Origin: an uncultured virus (IMG/VR IMGVR_UViG_3300036857_000120)
Taxonomy: Duplodnaviria > Heunggongvirae > Uroviricota > Caudoviricetes
Length of the DNA stretch: 64,000 bases
Direction: 5' to 3' (one strand)
IMG/VR virus record: IMGVR_UViG_3300036857_000120
Part shown: in pieces, positions 10,293 to 20,146 of the stretch
How the letters are laid out: each line of letters begins with the position of its first letter
Position numbering within the stretch: position 1 is the first letter of the stretch
Translations under genes and position numbers: made by a program
The notes under the pieces: model-generated
What the model saw: only the letters and a program-made list of their open reading frames with translations
What the model was told of the DNA's origin: nothing
Databases searched by the model: none

Positions 10293-12086
10293 ATGAAATA
10301 TGTCCCGCCATATGGCCGCGAGAGCGAGGGCGACAATGCCCATTACGTCAACGGCAATCCGGTGGAAGGACGGCAAGGATCGATCCCGCCCGCGGACGCA
10401 TTCGAGCATCCGATGCGCGAGATCGTGGCGGTCATTCAAAAGTCCCTGCTAACACCCGACGCGACCGACCTTATGCAGATGCTCCGAGGCATTCGCTCGC
10501 AACGGATGAACTACGTCCAGGATACGGGGAGCGTAAACAAGATCTCGGTCGCGACCGATCCGCCGCTTGGATCATACACTCTCGGTCTGCCGTTGCGCGT
10601 GCGCGTCGCCGCGGACAACACGCTCCCGGTCACGATCAACGCCGGTCCGGCGACGGTCGGCGTCAAAACGATGGCCGGAGCGGATCTCGCCGCTGGCGAT
10701 ATTCGCGCGAACGGCATTGCGGAGATGGCTTTCGACGGAACGAATTTCCAGCTGGTCAATTTTTTCGGGCAAGGCGGGACCGGCACCGGTCCGCATACGG
10801 ACAACTATATCAATATCCCGTTTGCAAAGGACCTCTCCACTGTAGCGAACATTATCGAGCCGACTTTCACCGGACTCAATTCGTCGCTCTACAATCTCAA
10901 AGCTGGCGATCCGTTCCTCGTCCAGATCGCCAATACGAATTCGGGAAGCTCGATTGCGCGCTTTCACATCTCGGGGACCGCGCCCGATCTCGGCGACAAG
11001 CCGATTGCCGCCAACGGCGGCGGGACTGCGGCATTGCTCCAGGGCGATCTCCAGAAGGACGACGTCGTCCTTTTCATCTATGACGGGGCGCGCTTCTGGA
11101 TCCAGCCCAACCCCGTCATATCGGCGGACGTGACGCTCAATGTCCCATCGCAATATGCGACGCCGGAGGACGCATGCCTCGCGATCCGTCGAAAGACCAT
11201 CGCACAGAATGCCCATGTCACGATCCTCCTCGCGAAGAATGCGGGACCGATAAATATCGCAACGCCAGCCGCGGGACCGGCCATCGTCGGCGGATATAAT
11301 CCATTCCAGATCAATCACGCCAACGCGGAGCGCATCATCGTCCGCGGCGAGATGAAGGTCCCGGGCGCTATCACCGCTTCGTTATTCCAGCAAAGCGGAT
11401 CGTCGTCGGCACAGCGGACCGCCGACGGCGCGGCGCATATCGCGATGCTCCGCGGTCGTTTCGGAGTCGAGATCGTGGTCCCCGCGACACCCGCGGGCGA
11501 TCCCAAAAGCATCGGAATCCAAAACGTCGGACCAGGCTATCCGTGGATCCAGGACATACTCGTTAGCGGTCCAGGCTATGCGAGCCCCGCGTCGGTCGGG
11601 CGATGGCTCGGGATCGCGGTCGGCAACGGTCGACAAACCGTTTGCAGCAATGTCTCTTGCTGGGGGCTCGATATTGGTTGGTCCGGAGGCGGCGTCATCG
11701 GAATGGACCATTGCTTCGCGTCCTTCTGTCAGAAGAACGGAATTCTATGCACGACGCTCGCGTGCATGTCGTTCACGAATGGCGGCGTCTTTGCCTCGCA
11801 AGGCGGCGTGGTCTGCAATCAAAATTCCTGGTTCGGGACCGATACCGCATGGTTCAATTGCAACGGATCATATGGCGCACTTTGTACCGACAACGGACAA
11901 ATGACGCTCTATTTCACGCAAGCGATCTATAACTGGAACGTCGACGCTCAATGCGGCGGATTGAGTTATCTCGTTTTGCTCCACACCGCTGCCGCGGGCG
12001 GGATCGGATACGTCTCGCCAACGCCGGGAGTCCTTTCCGCCGACGGCGCTTTGGTCGTCAAGGGCGAGGGCGCGCTCGTAGGCTAG
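10293..12086 (+). CDS. Tail fibre/spike protein with probable beta-helical C-terminus
   Basis: YVNGNP..G..GSIPPA.AFEHPMREIV N-terminus, follows gp48; Gly/Cys-rich repeats. Confidence 0.75.
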   Translation: MKYVPPYGRESEGDNAHYVNGNPVEGRQGSIPPADAFEHPMREIVAVIQKSLLTPDATDLMQMLRGIRSQRMNYVQDTGSVNKISVATDPPLGSYTLGLPLRVRVAADNTLPVTINAGPATVGVKTMAGADLAAGDIRANGIAEMAFDGTNFQLVNFFGQGGTGTGPHTDNYINIPFAKDLSTVANIIEPTFTGLNSSLYNLKAGDPFLVQIANTNSGSSIARFHISGTAPDLGDKPIAANGGGTAALLQGDLQKDDVVLFIYDGARFWIQPNPVISADVTLNVPSQYATPEDACLAIRRKTIAQNAHVTILLAKNAGPINIATPAAGPAIVGGYNPFQINHANAERIIVRGEMKVPGAITASLFQQSGSSSAQRTADGAAHIAMLRGRFGVEIVVPATPAGDPKSIGIQNVGPGYPWIQDILVSGPGYASPASVGRWLGIAVGNGRQTVCSNVSCWGLDIGWSGGGVIGMDHCFASFCQKNGILCTTLACMSFTNGGVFASQGGVVCNQNSWFGTDTAWFNCNGSYGALCTDNGQMTLYFTQAIYNWNVDAQCGGLSYLVLLHTAAAGGIGYVSPTPGVLSADGALVVKGEGALVG

Positions 12087-12104
12087 AAAGAGGAGGACAA
12101 AGCC

Positions 12105-12593
12105 ATGCCGCAAGTCTTCGTCAAGCGCGCACAGCTATTGAACGAGACGCCGACCGATCCGGTCGTCGTCCTTGCAAGCTATCGCAATGACACGCCCGTC
12201 GATCCTCTCTGGCACGGCCCGGACGCGACGGTCATGAGCGTCCCCGACGGCTCGCTCGTTAATGATCGCGACCATTACCAAACGATCCTCGCCGCCAATT
12301 GGCGCGACGATTACGTCCCGGTCGTCAACGCGGAGGCGACGCGGCGAATTCAAAAATACTTCCCGCAATATAAGCAGATGAACTACAACGCGAGCTTTAA
12401 CAGCTATCAAAGCCAGTATGGGACCGACACGACGCAATGGCCGACGGGCGCGCCGCAGGACTTTTTGGCGGAATACAATCGCGGCTGGAAATACATCAAT
12501 GACGTCCGCGACGCATCCAACAATATGACGGCAATGCCGCAGGACCCGACCGCGGACGAGCATTGGCCTCCCGCGATCACTCCCATCGCATAG
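12105..12593 (+). CDS. Putative fibre assembly chaperone
   Basis: EA.RRI...P..KQ.N and C-terminal D.TAD.HWP; AGAGGAGG RBS. Confidence 0.55.
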   Translation: MPQVFVKRAQLLNETPTDPVVVLASYRNDTPVDPLWHGPDATVMSVPDGSLVNDRDHYQTILAANWRDDYVPVVNAEATRRIQKYFPQYKQMNYNASFNSYQSQYGTDTTQWPTGAPQDFLAEYNRGWKYINDVRDASNNMTAMPQDPTADEHWPPAITPIA

Positions 12594-12602
12594 GCGCGTC
12601 CC

Positions 12603-13025
12603 ATGCCGACGAACCTCCTCGCCATTCCGCTTTGCCAGATGACGGTCGCGACCGGCACTAACGAGGATTGGGTCGACGCGATCAAATTCATGACCGATGA
12701 CGGATCGGAATCCGAGGACATGCCGCAACTCGATCTCCGCGGGATCGTCTTCGAGCTCGAGGTCCGCCGCACGCCTCCCGATCACGAGGTCGTCCTCAAT
12801 GCGACGACGGAGGATGGATCGATCTTCGTCGGCGATCCGCCGAACTATGGTTATCTCGTCATCAATGTCGATCTCGACGAGATGAAGATCCAGCAACCAG
12901 GCGAGTATGTCGCCGATATCATCGGCAAGGAATATGTCGGGGAGCTCGGCGCTCTCACGCTACAGACGCAACGAGTCGTCGCGACGATAGACCTCACGAT
13001 CATCCAGGGCATAACACGGTTCTAA
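12603..13025 (+). CDS. Tail-associated adaptor-like hypothetical protein
   Basis: LDL.G..F...VR and C-terminal QGITR; synteny. Confidence 0.55.
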   Translation: MPTNLLAIPLCQMTVATGTNEDWVDAIKFMTDDGSESEDMPQLDLRGIVFELEVRRTPPDHEVVLNATTEDGSIFVGDPPNYGYLVINVDLDEMKIQQPGEYVADIIGKEYVGELGALTLQTQRVVATIDLTIIQGITRF

Positions 13026-13028
13026 GCC

Positions 13029-15530
13029 ATGACGATCCAGACCCTCTCCGTCGTCCAGCGCGGGCTTACTCCAGTGATCGATGGGATCACGACGACCGTC
13101 GTCGCGATTGCGGCACCGTATGCGCCGCAATTGCTAATGTATGGGACGAGCGACACGGAGAATTATCTCGGCACCGGGGACAAGACCTATCTCCTCAATG
13201 AGAACAATTCCGGATTCTCCGTCGGCCAGCGCGTGCGCGGATACAGCATCGCCGACGAGACGCAATGGCTCGAGGGGATCGTCACGCATGAGCAATGGGA
13301 CACCGACGGGCACACGATCACGGTCACGTCCGATCTGTCGAGCGGCGCGGGGACCGATCTCGTTCCCTCGTGGCGATTTGTTCTCACTGGCGAGCGTGGT
13401 GCCATCGGACCCAAGGGCGACACCGGAGCGACCGGTCCGCAAGGATTGATCGACGAGCCTCCAAACGACAGCAAGCGATATGTCCGTCGGAACAATCTCG
13501 GCACCGGTTCCTGGATCGACGCGGATGCGGCCTACCAACCGAAGGACGCGGACCTCACATCGCTCGCGGGCGCGACGGCCTTCGGATCGGCGACGCCGTC
13601 GGGCCTCTATTATCGCAAAGCGGCCGACACTTGGGCTCCTCTGAATATCGGGGTCGGGCTCGCACTCAATGCCAGCACGGATACGCTCTCCGCGCCAACG
13701 GGCGGCGGCAATGTCGGGAACGTCGGCACGCCAGCGAACGGCATGATCGCGCAATGGACGGATGCGACGCATATCCAGGGGATCAATATCGCCGCGCTCG
13801 GCCTCCAGCCACAGGATGGCGATCTCACGTCGCTGGCGGCGGCGTCGACCTTCGGCATTTATCAACGGAGCGCGGCCGACACCTGGACGCCGGTCTCCAT
13901 CGATACCGCGAGCCTCGTCCTCTCTGGCGGGACGCTCTCGGCGAAGGTCGCGGAGGCGGGCGTCGGCGGGATTCCTTATTGCCGACAATCGGGCGGATGG
14001 GCGGACGCCTCGCTCATTTTCGCGACGCTCTCCTCGCCGTCCTTCACCGGGGATCCTCGAGCTCCAACTCCGCCAGCGGCGGACAATGATACGAGCATCG
14101 CGACGACGGCATGGGTCAATTCCGCAATCGCGGCCTCGACGGCGTTCCAGCCAATCGATCCGGACTTGACGTCGCTGGCGGGCGCGAGCGCGAGCGGAGG
14201 CGCGGCGGCTCCGTCGACCTCCGGTCTCTACTATCGCAAGGCGGCGAACACCTGGGCTCCATTGAAGCTCGGAAGCGGGATCGCGATTGACGGCGCGACC
14301 GACACGATCTCCGTCACCGCGGGCGGCGGCAACGTGTCGAATGTCGCAACGCCAGCGGATAACCAGATCGCGGTCTGGACCGCGCCGAACAATATCGAGG
14401 GCGATCCGCAATTCCTCTGGAACGGGACGAATTTCAATCTCCGAAGGACCGGCGGCAATCATCTCGTTCTGCAAGGCAATCCAAGCGGGTCATATCCCCT
14501 AATCTTCGTCGATGCCGCCAGCCAGGACGGCTCGGTCGGAATGTCGTTTTCGACCAAGGGGCTCGCGCCTTTCAATTTCTATGGCGGCACCAGCACTGGA
14601 TCGAATTTTAGTTCGATCAGCGTGCAAATTGTTCCGGTCGACGGAGCTAATCGGCAATTGCAATTGGCGGGATCGAAGGACAGCAATCCGACGATCACGG
14701 CGAGCGCGGGCGGGGTCAAAGTCCACGACGCGATATTCTCCACCGGTCGGACAACCCTCCTCTCGCCGATCACGGTCGGCACGAGCTCGTCGCCGTTCAA
14801 TCTTGGGAGTGAGATCGTCGGGTCGACGCCAGCCAATGCGTCCTCGAGCCAGTCGCTATGGTCGGGCGATGCGAACGGCCCGACCCATTATCTCGACAAG
14901 TCCCGCGGCGCGGTCGGCGCGTTTGCCTCCGTCCTGAATAACGACACCATCGGCTCGATCCTCTGGCGCGGAAGCGATTCAAGCGCGATGCGGAATGCGG
15001 GCCAGATCCTCGTCGCCGCAACCGGAGCGGCGGCGGCGGGCGGCGTCCCGTCACGCATGAGCATCCAGGTCGGGACCACGTCGGGATTAGTGTCGGTGAT
15101 CGACGCGCGTCCGACCGGCGTTGCGATCCTGGGGACGACAATAGGCGACGACGCCGCCGCGGGCATTGTCGGGCAATACTACGAGGCCCGCGTCTCTAAC
15201 GTTTCGTCGCTCCCCGCGGGGCAATGGGTCAATGGGCTCGGGATCAATTTGGGTCCGGGCGATTGGGACGTCTGGGGCGGCGCGACGATCACGCTCATGG
15301 CGAGTAATGCTTGGTATGTTGCAATCTCGCCGACCTCCGCGTCTCCCATCGGAACGGCGGACTCGATGGCGATCTATTACACGTCGGCCAATGGCGAAGG
15401 TTATGGCCTCGTCGGGCCGTATCGTGTCACCGTTCCGGCCGGACCCGCGGTGACGTGGTATTGCATGGTCTATTTTATGGCGACCGCAACACTCGCGACA
15501 ACAATGATGCGAGTAAGGAGAGTCAGATGA
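13029..15530 (+). CDS. Second repeat-bearing tail fibre protein
   Basis: Short collagen stretch; same PRAPTP and QP.D.DLTSLA repeats; C-terminal domain paralogous to 3132..6797. Confidence 0.8.
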   Translation: MTIQTLSVVQRGLTPVIDGITTTVVAIAAPYAPQLLMYGTSDTENYLGTGDKTYLLNENNSGFSVGQRVRGYSIADETQWLEGIVTHEQWDTDGHTITVTSDLSSGAGTDLVPSWRFVLTGERGAIGPKGDTGATGPQGLIDEPPNDSKRYVRRNNLGTGSWIDADAAYQPKDADLTSLAGATAFGSATPSGLYYRKAADTWAPLNIGVGLALNASTDTLSAPTGGGNVGNVGTPANGMIAQWTDATHIQGINIAALGLQPQDGDLTSLAAASTFGIYQRSAADTWTPVSIDTASLVLSGGTLSAKVAEAGVGGIPYCRQSGGWADASLIFATLSSPSFTGDPRAPTPPAADNDTSIATTAWVNSAIAASTAFQPIDPDLTSLAGASASGGAAAPSTSGLYYRKAANTWAPLKLGSGIAIDGATDTISVTAGGGNVSNVATPADNQIAVWTAPNNIEGDPQFLWNGTNFNLRRTGGNHLVLQGNPSGSYPLIFVDAASQDGSVGMSFSTKGLAPFNFYGGTSTGSNFSSISVQIVPVDGANRQLQLAGSKDSNPTITASAGGVKVHDAIFSTGRTTLLSPITVGTSSSPFNLGSEIVGSTPANASSSQSLWSGDANGPTHYLDKSRGAVGAFASVLNNDTIGSILWRGSDSSAMRNAGQILVAATGAAAAGGVPSRMSIQVGTTSGLVSVIDARPTGVAILGTTIGDDAAAGIVGQYYEARVSNVSSLPAGQWVNGLGINLGPGDWDVWGGATITLMASNAWYVAISPTSASPIGTADSMAIYYTSANGEGYGLVGPYRVTVPAGPAVTWYCMVYFMATATLATTMMRVRRVR

Positions 15531-15949
15531 GGACCACGGTCAAGATCGCGCTCGAAATGGCGCAAGCCGTCGCACAATTGGATGGCTATCAAAACGGCGG
15601 ACCGTCGCCGACGCCTTACAAATACGACGGCGCAACGCGGATCGCGATTGCAGCTGCGCGGCGCAAACTCCGATTGATTGCGGAGGACTACCAGACCGCG
15701 CGCAACGCTGCGCTCGTCGAGGCGAGCGGCGGATCCGGCGAGCTTCCTCCGATCAGAAACGGCATGGCTCCGGAGGAGCGCCGCAACGTGATCGCGATGC
15801 ATATGGCGTTTGATCGGGCCGACAAGGAATTGCTCGCGGCAGAGATCGAGCTCGACGTCGCGACGCTCCCGGCCGCGAGCTTCAATCTCGACGACAACCC
15901 GATCCCGCCGACGGTGCTCGATCTTCTCGGCCCGTTCATCGAGCTTTGA
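15527..15949 (+). CDS. Hypothetical protein
   Basis: ATGA-coupled to the fibre gene, AAGGAG RBS. Confidence 0.65.
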   Translation: MRTTVKIALEMAQAVAQLDGYQNGGPSPTPYKYDGATRIAIAAARRKLRLIAEDYQTARNAALVEASGGSGELPPIRNGMAPEERRNVIAMHMAFDRADKELLAAEIELDVATLPAASFNLDDNPIPPTVLDLLGPFIEL

Positions 15950-15954
15950 TTCCG

Positions 15955-16110
15955 ATGGCACGGAGACCGCGACAGGAGTCGCTCTGGGCCAGGCGCGAGT
16001 CCTGGATCATCCTCGCTTGCACGATCATCGTTCTCCTCCTCGTGCTCGCGGCCATCGGCTACATGAGCGGACGATGGGGCGAGCTCCCGTCGGGGTACGG
16101 CGTGCAATGA
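15955..16110 (+). CDS. Small single-TM protein (lysis-associated candidate)
   Basis: 51 aa, WIILACTIIVLLLVLAAIGY helix; below ORF-track cutoff. Confidence 0.55.
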   Translation: MARRPRQESLWARRESWIILACTIIVLLLVLAAIGYMSGRWGELPSGYGVQ

Positions 16111-16191
16111 CCTGTCGAGCATGCGAGGAGCGACGCCGCGCCATGCTCGCGCTCTGGCATAGACTGGCGCGGCCGATTCGGAGGACAACCC

Positions 16192-17748
16192 ATGCCAAGC
16201 AAATCCGCCGCGATATCGAGCGATCAAACCGCCCCGCCATGGCTCCTGGTCATGCGGGCGGTCACCGGCCTGTCGGAATGGGAGGACGGATCAAATCCCA
16301 AGATTGAAGCGATGGCGGTTTACATCGGGAAAAAATTTCCCGACCAGGCCGCATACGCATCGCAATTCGACGACGATGATATCGCGTGGTGCGGAGTCGC
16401 AACGGACTTTTGCCTCGCCGCTTCCACTCCGGAAGGGATCTCCGGACCCTTCGGCGTCAAGGATACCGACCGCTGGATGTGGGCGGAGTCGTTCGCCAGC
16501 GATCCGAATTTCGTCCATCTCGCGCGGCCGGTTCTCGGCGCGATAACGATCATGACGCGCGAGGGCGGCAATCACGTCACCATGTACGAGAGCACCAACA
16601 GCGACGGGACGATCAATTGCCGCGGCGGGAACCAGAGCAATTGCGTCAAGGTCAGCACATACGATCCGGACACGGTCATCGCCTTCGTCTGGCCGCGCGC
16701 TTGGCCGTTGCCGGAGGTCCCAGAGATTCCGGTCGAGGATCGCCCCATGCTGGAGCGCGGCGACGACGGTCCCGACGTCATCGATCTCCAGCGCATGATC
16801 CCGAATTTCACCGGGGAGATCGACGGCGATTTCGGTCCGGTCACGGAGGAGAACGTCATCCGATACCAGACCACGCGCGGGCTCGAGGTCGACGGGATCG
16901 TCGGGCAGGAAACATGGACCGCGCTCTATGAGAACAAGGAGCCGATCCCGCCTCCGGAGCCAGCGGAGGGTCTCCCGGACCCGCTCTCGCGCGAGGACCA
17001 GGACGCAATCGCGGCCATCGCCATGAGCTCTGCAATCGCGCGCTACTCGTGGCGGGACCGCGGTCAAGCGCCCGCGGGTTACACGCAAGGCGTCGCGCTC
17101 GCGTTCGCCAACGTCTATCGCAAGCTCCTCCTCGATCACGCGCCGGCGCTGGAGATGGCGCAAGCGCGGACCGGAAGCAGCAAGGACGTTTTTACGGAGT
17201 ATGCGAGCGAATTCAAAAACGCGGGCATGACGACGACCGGCGGGGTCGAGAGCCTCGTCTCGCTCTGGTCCCTCCTCCTGGGGCTCGGCATGCGCGAGTC
17301 ATCCGGGCAACATTGCTGCGGTCGCGACCAGTCGGTCCCGCCTGGATACTACGGTCCCGCCGACACGACGACGGAGGCCGGGGCGTGGCAGACGAGCTAT
17401 GACGCGCACAATTGCGACGACACGCTCGACCAGACTTTCGAGGAGTATTCGATGGGCGCGATGCGGGACAATCCGCAGGGCTTCCTATCGACATTCGAGC
17501 AAGGCGTCTCGTGCTCGTCGGCGGATTGGGAATGCTTCGGTCCGACCGATAGTCCGGGTTATCGCCACCAGAAAATGAGCAAGGAGCGACCGGCCTATGC
17601 GGCGGAGTTTGCCGCGATCACGCTCCGCAATCTCTGCAATCATTTCGGGCCGATCAATCGCCACGAGGCCGAGGTCCGTCGCGATGCGGCGGATATGTTC
17701 CGCGCGGTCCAGGATTACGTTGATCGGCACGTCCCGGTTACATCGTGA
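16192..17748 (+). CDS. Modular endolysin: NlpC/P60-CHAP-like + peptidoglycan-binding + lysozyme-like domain
   Basis: AWCG..NHV..GGNQ; GPDVIDLQ..DGDFGP.T..DGIVG..TW.AL; GMRESSG. Confidence 0.85.
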   Translation: MPSKSAAISSDQTAPPWLLVMRAVTGLSEWEDGSNPKIEAMAVYIGKKFPDQAAYASQFDDDDIAWCGVATDFCLAASTPEGISGPFGVKDTDRWMWAESFASDPNFVHLARPVLGAITIMTREGGNHVTMYESTNSDGTINCRGGNQSNCVKVSTYDPDTVIAFVWPRAWPLPEVPEIPVEDRPMLERGDDGPDVIDLQRMIPNFTGEIDGDFGPVTEENVIRYQTTRGLEVDGIVGQETWTALYENKEPIPPPEPAEGLPDPLSREDQDAIAAIAMSSAIARYSWRDRGQAPAGYTQGVALAFANVYRKLLLDHAPALEMAQARTGSSKDVFTEYASEFKNAGMTTTGGVESLVSLWSLLLGLGMRESSGQHCCGRDQSVPPGYYGPADTTTEAGAWQTSYDAHNCDDTLDQTFEEYSMGAMRDNPQGFLSTFEQGVSCSSADWECFGPTDSPGYRHQKMSKERPAYAAEFAAITLRNLCNHFGPINRHEAEVRRDAADMFRAVQDYVDRHVPVTS

Positions 17749-18203
17749 CCAAAACCGTTGAATTCCGTCTCGGCGGAACGCTCAAAATACTCGAGCCCGA
17801 AGCCCGCGCGGGCGCGCGAGTGACGCTCTCATATGCGGGCTTCAAGGTCACAGCATGGAGTGAGGACATGACCTATACGCTTCCAGATCGTCACCAAGTC
17901 CAGGTCCGGATCGATTACGTCGACGCCGACAACAATCCCGCCACGGTCGACGGCGACGTGACATGGTCCTCGTCGGACAGCAACATCGCGACCGTCACCG
18001 TCGATCCAAGCGACAGTCAACTCGCGACCGTTGCGGCGGCAACTGGCGGCACCATCGGCCAGGTCCAGATCACCGCGACCGCGGACGCCGATCTCGGCGA
18101 AGGGACGCGCGAGATCATCACGACGATGGACGTCGAGATCGTCGCCGGAGAGGCGGTCGCCGGGACGATCACCCCGGTCGGAAGCGCCTCGCCCATTCCG
18201 TGA
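17745..18203 (+). CDS. Ig-like (Big_2-like) domain protein
   Basis: VTWSSSD.NIATV motif; alternative start 17868. Confidence 0.65.
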   Translation: MTKTVEFRLGGTLKILEPEARAGARVTLSYAGFKVTAWSEDMTYTLPDRHQVQVRIDYVDADNNPATVDGDVTWSSSDSNIATVTVDPSDSQLATVAAATGGTIGQVQITATADADLGEGTREIITTMDVEIVAGEAVAGTITPVGSASPIP

Positions 18204-18571
18204 CGGAGCGGATGCGCCAGCGATGGATCGGTGCGCTCGCCGGAGCGATTTGCGTCCTTGTCTCTCTGGCCGCGGTTGTCGTGATCTTCGATCAGGACGA
18301 GCAAAGACAATATTATCGCTTTGCAAGCGCGGAGACTCGGCCGGAGCTCTGCATGGATAGCGAGGCGCGCGAGCGCGTCCGTTCGCTCATGCTCGAAGCT
18401 CTGGACGAGAGTCTCAAAACGAAGATCGAGGAGCTTTTCGCCGTCTGGCTCCGCGACGCCACCGGCCAGCCTGGACGCGCTAAGAAGGGCATGGAGGCCG
18501 CGCTTCTCGCCTACTCGCACGCGCGCAATGCGGCGATGCAATTCAATCCGCCGGAATGTCCATCGGGATAG
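18200..18571 (+). CDS. Membrane-anchored hypothetical protein
   Basis: GTGA overlap; N-terminal TM helix. Confidence 0.55.
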   Translation: MTERMRQRWIGALAGAICVLVSLAAVVVIFDQDEQRQYYRFASAETRPELCMDSEARERVRSLMLEALDESLKTKIEELFAVWLRDATGQPGRAKKGMEAALLAYSHARNAAMQFNPPECPSG

Positions 18572-18577
18572 ACGATC

Positions 18578-18817
18578 ATGAACGCGGGCATAAGCGAGGA
18601 GGTCGGCCAGACGACGCGCGGCTTCATCGATGCGATGAAGGGGCAACCCGCGCTATTGGCAATGATCGCGATGAATGCGCTCATGCTCGCATTGCTGTTC
18701 TATCTCCAGCACGGCAAGGACCAGGCCAGGAGAGAGTTGATCGATTACGTCAAGGACACGAGCCGCTTGCTCGCGCAATGTAGCGTGATCCCGCCGGAGA
18801 ATGTTCCGAAGCAATGA
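18578..18817 (+). CDS. Small TM protein (holin/antiholin candidate)
   Basis: One TM helix, lysis context. Confidence 0.55.
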   Translation: MNAGISEEVGQTTRGFIDAMKGQPALLAMIAMNALMLALLFYLQHGKDQARRELIDYVKDTSRLLAQCSVIPPENVPKQ

Positions 18818-18832
18818 CCGAGGGAGGTCGCC

Positions 18833-19003
18833 ATGCAACTAGGTCTAGCGTTCTGGATCCTCATGCTCCTCTGGCTCGTCCTGGGCCTCGTCTGGCATTT
18901 CGGTCCGGGCTGGCCGTATCTCGGATGGGGGAGCGGCTTGCTCCTGTTCATCCTCCTCCTTCTCCTGGGCTGGCGCGTGTTCGGTCCGCCGTTGCACGGA
19001 TGA
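18833..19003 (+). CDS. Two-TM small protein (holin candidate)
   Basis: GGGAGG RBS; 56 aa almost entirely hydrophobic. Confidence 0.65.
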   Translation: MQLGLAFWILMLLWLVLGLVWHFGPGWPYLGWGSGLLLFILLLLLGWRVFGPPLHG

Positions 19004-19143
19004 TCGCGCGTCCGTAGTCTGTCGGGCAGTCGCCGCGCTCGACCGGTCCCGCAAGTTTCGCGATCCTTTCCTTGCGGGGACCTCGCGCCCGACCAGGACC
19101 CCGGAGCCGCTCCAACGGTCTCCGGGGTCCGCTCATAAGAAAG

Positions 19144-19176
19144 CCCCGCGGCCTCACGGTCGCGGGGTATTTTTTT
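19144..19176 (+). terminator. Rho-independent terminator ending the tail/lysis operon
   Basis: CCCCGCGGCC-TCAC-GGTCGCGGGG then TATTTTTTT. Confidence 0.85.
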
Positions 19177-19300
19177 GCGGACTGTCTTCCCGTAGCGCGG
19201 CGATCTTAGCGTGAAACGAGGCCCGCGACAGGGGTATGGAGCCGCGGGCCTCGCCTCCTCTGGAGCGCGATCTGTCGGGGATCGCGCGCCGTCGGACTCG

Positions 19301-19489
19301 TCAACGGGAACCTCTCCCGTTCCCCGGTTTCGGTCGCGCCCTCCATTGCCGCGCGAGTGCGACCAGGACGCGCTTGAATTCCGCGATCACCGCGCGATCC
19401 GGCGCGCGCTTGCGGCGCTCGTCGCGGAGCATGCGATGCAATTTGACGAGGAGCTCGTCCTCGCGCGCGCGATGGAGGATCATCGCCAT
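19301..19489 (-). CDS. Hypothetical protein
   Basis: Last ORF of overlapping leftward chain. Confidence 0.45.
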   Translation of the reverse strand: MAMILHRAREDELLVKLHRMLRDERRKRAPDRAVIAEFKRVLVALARQWRARPKPGNGRGSR

Positions 19490-19719
19490 CGCTCGTCGAT
19501 ATTGTTTTTCATGTCGACGACCAGGTTATCGAGCCCGACCTTCGCATCGTCGGCGGAATGCGCGATCTCGCACAGTATCGATTCGATCACCGCAGCTGCG
19601 CTCGTGACCATGAGGCGCTCGCGCTCCTTCGGATAGATTGGCTCGAGGTCGACGATCTCCTCCGCGGGATCATAGAGGAGCGAGACCAGCAAGCGGCGCG
19701 CATCATCGAACGCGATCAT
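19480..19719 (-). CDS. Hypothetical protein
   Basis: AGGAGG RBS, ATGA coupling. Confidence 0.55.
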   Translation of the reverse strand: MIAFDDARRLLVSLLYDPAEEIVDLEPIYPKERERLMVTSAAAVIESILCEIAHSADDAKVGLDNLVVDMKNNIDERWR

Positions 19720-20045
19720 TCGGTCCTCCTGGGGAGCGCGGCGCGGGCGCGCGCGATCATCGCGGGCGATGGTCCGCCGTGCGCGTTCTTCGTCGTCAAC
19801 GGAAAGAAATAGAGGATCTCCGGTTTCGGATATCGCTTGGCATGCTTGAAACGATAGAGCCAGCGGCGGTCGCGCTTCGAATACCAGACCGCGCCGCCGA
19901 GAAAATGATCGCCCTCGTCATCGGTCAAATAGACGATGGTCGTCCCCGGCCGACGGCCGACGGGCGCATTGCTGCCGAATTGGACGAGCGCCCAAGGGCA
20001 CAGGAGCGCGGAGCCGAATGTCTGGTCGCTCTGGTCGCGGGTCAT
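19716..20045 (-). CDS. Hypothetical protein
   Basis: ATGA coupling on both sides. Confidence 0.5.
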   Translation of the reverse strand: MTRDQSDQTFGSALLCPWALVQFGSNAPVGRRPGTTIVYLTDDEGDHFLGGAVWYSKRDRRWLYRFKHAKRYPKPEILYFFPLTTKNAHGGPSPAMIARARAALPRRTE

Positions 20046-20146
20046 CGGAGCGGGACCTGACAACCGGGGAGCGTGAGGAGGAGCACGAGCGCCAGGAGCG
20101 CGATCACGATGGCGGCGATGGAGAATTGAAAGGTCGACGGGCTCAT
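20042..20146 (-). CDS. Micro-lipoprotein candidate
   Basis: 34 aa, hydrophobic core then LPGC lipobox-like motif; coupled to both neighbours. Confidence 0.5.
   Translation of the reverse strand: MSPSTFQFSIAAIVIALLALVLLLTLPGCQVPLR

Noticed and set aside
3132..15530. Diversity-generating retroelement acting on fibre tips
   Set aside because: No reverse transcriptase, and no near-identical TR/VR pair differing only at adenines was seen
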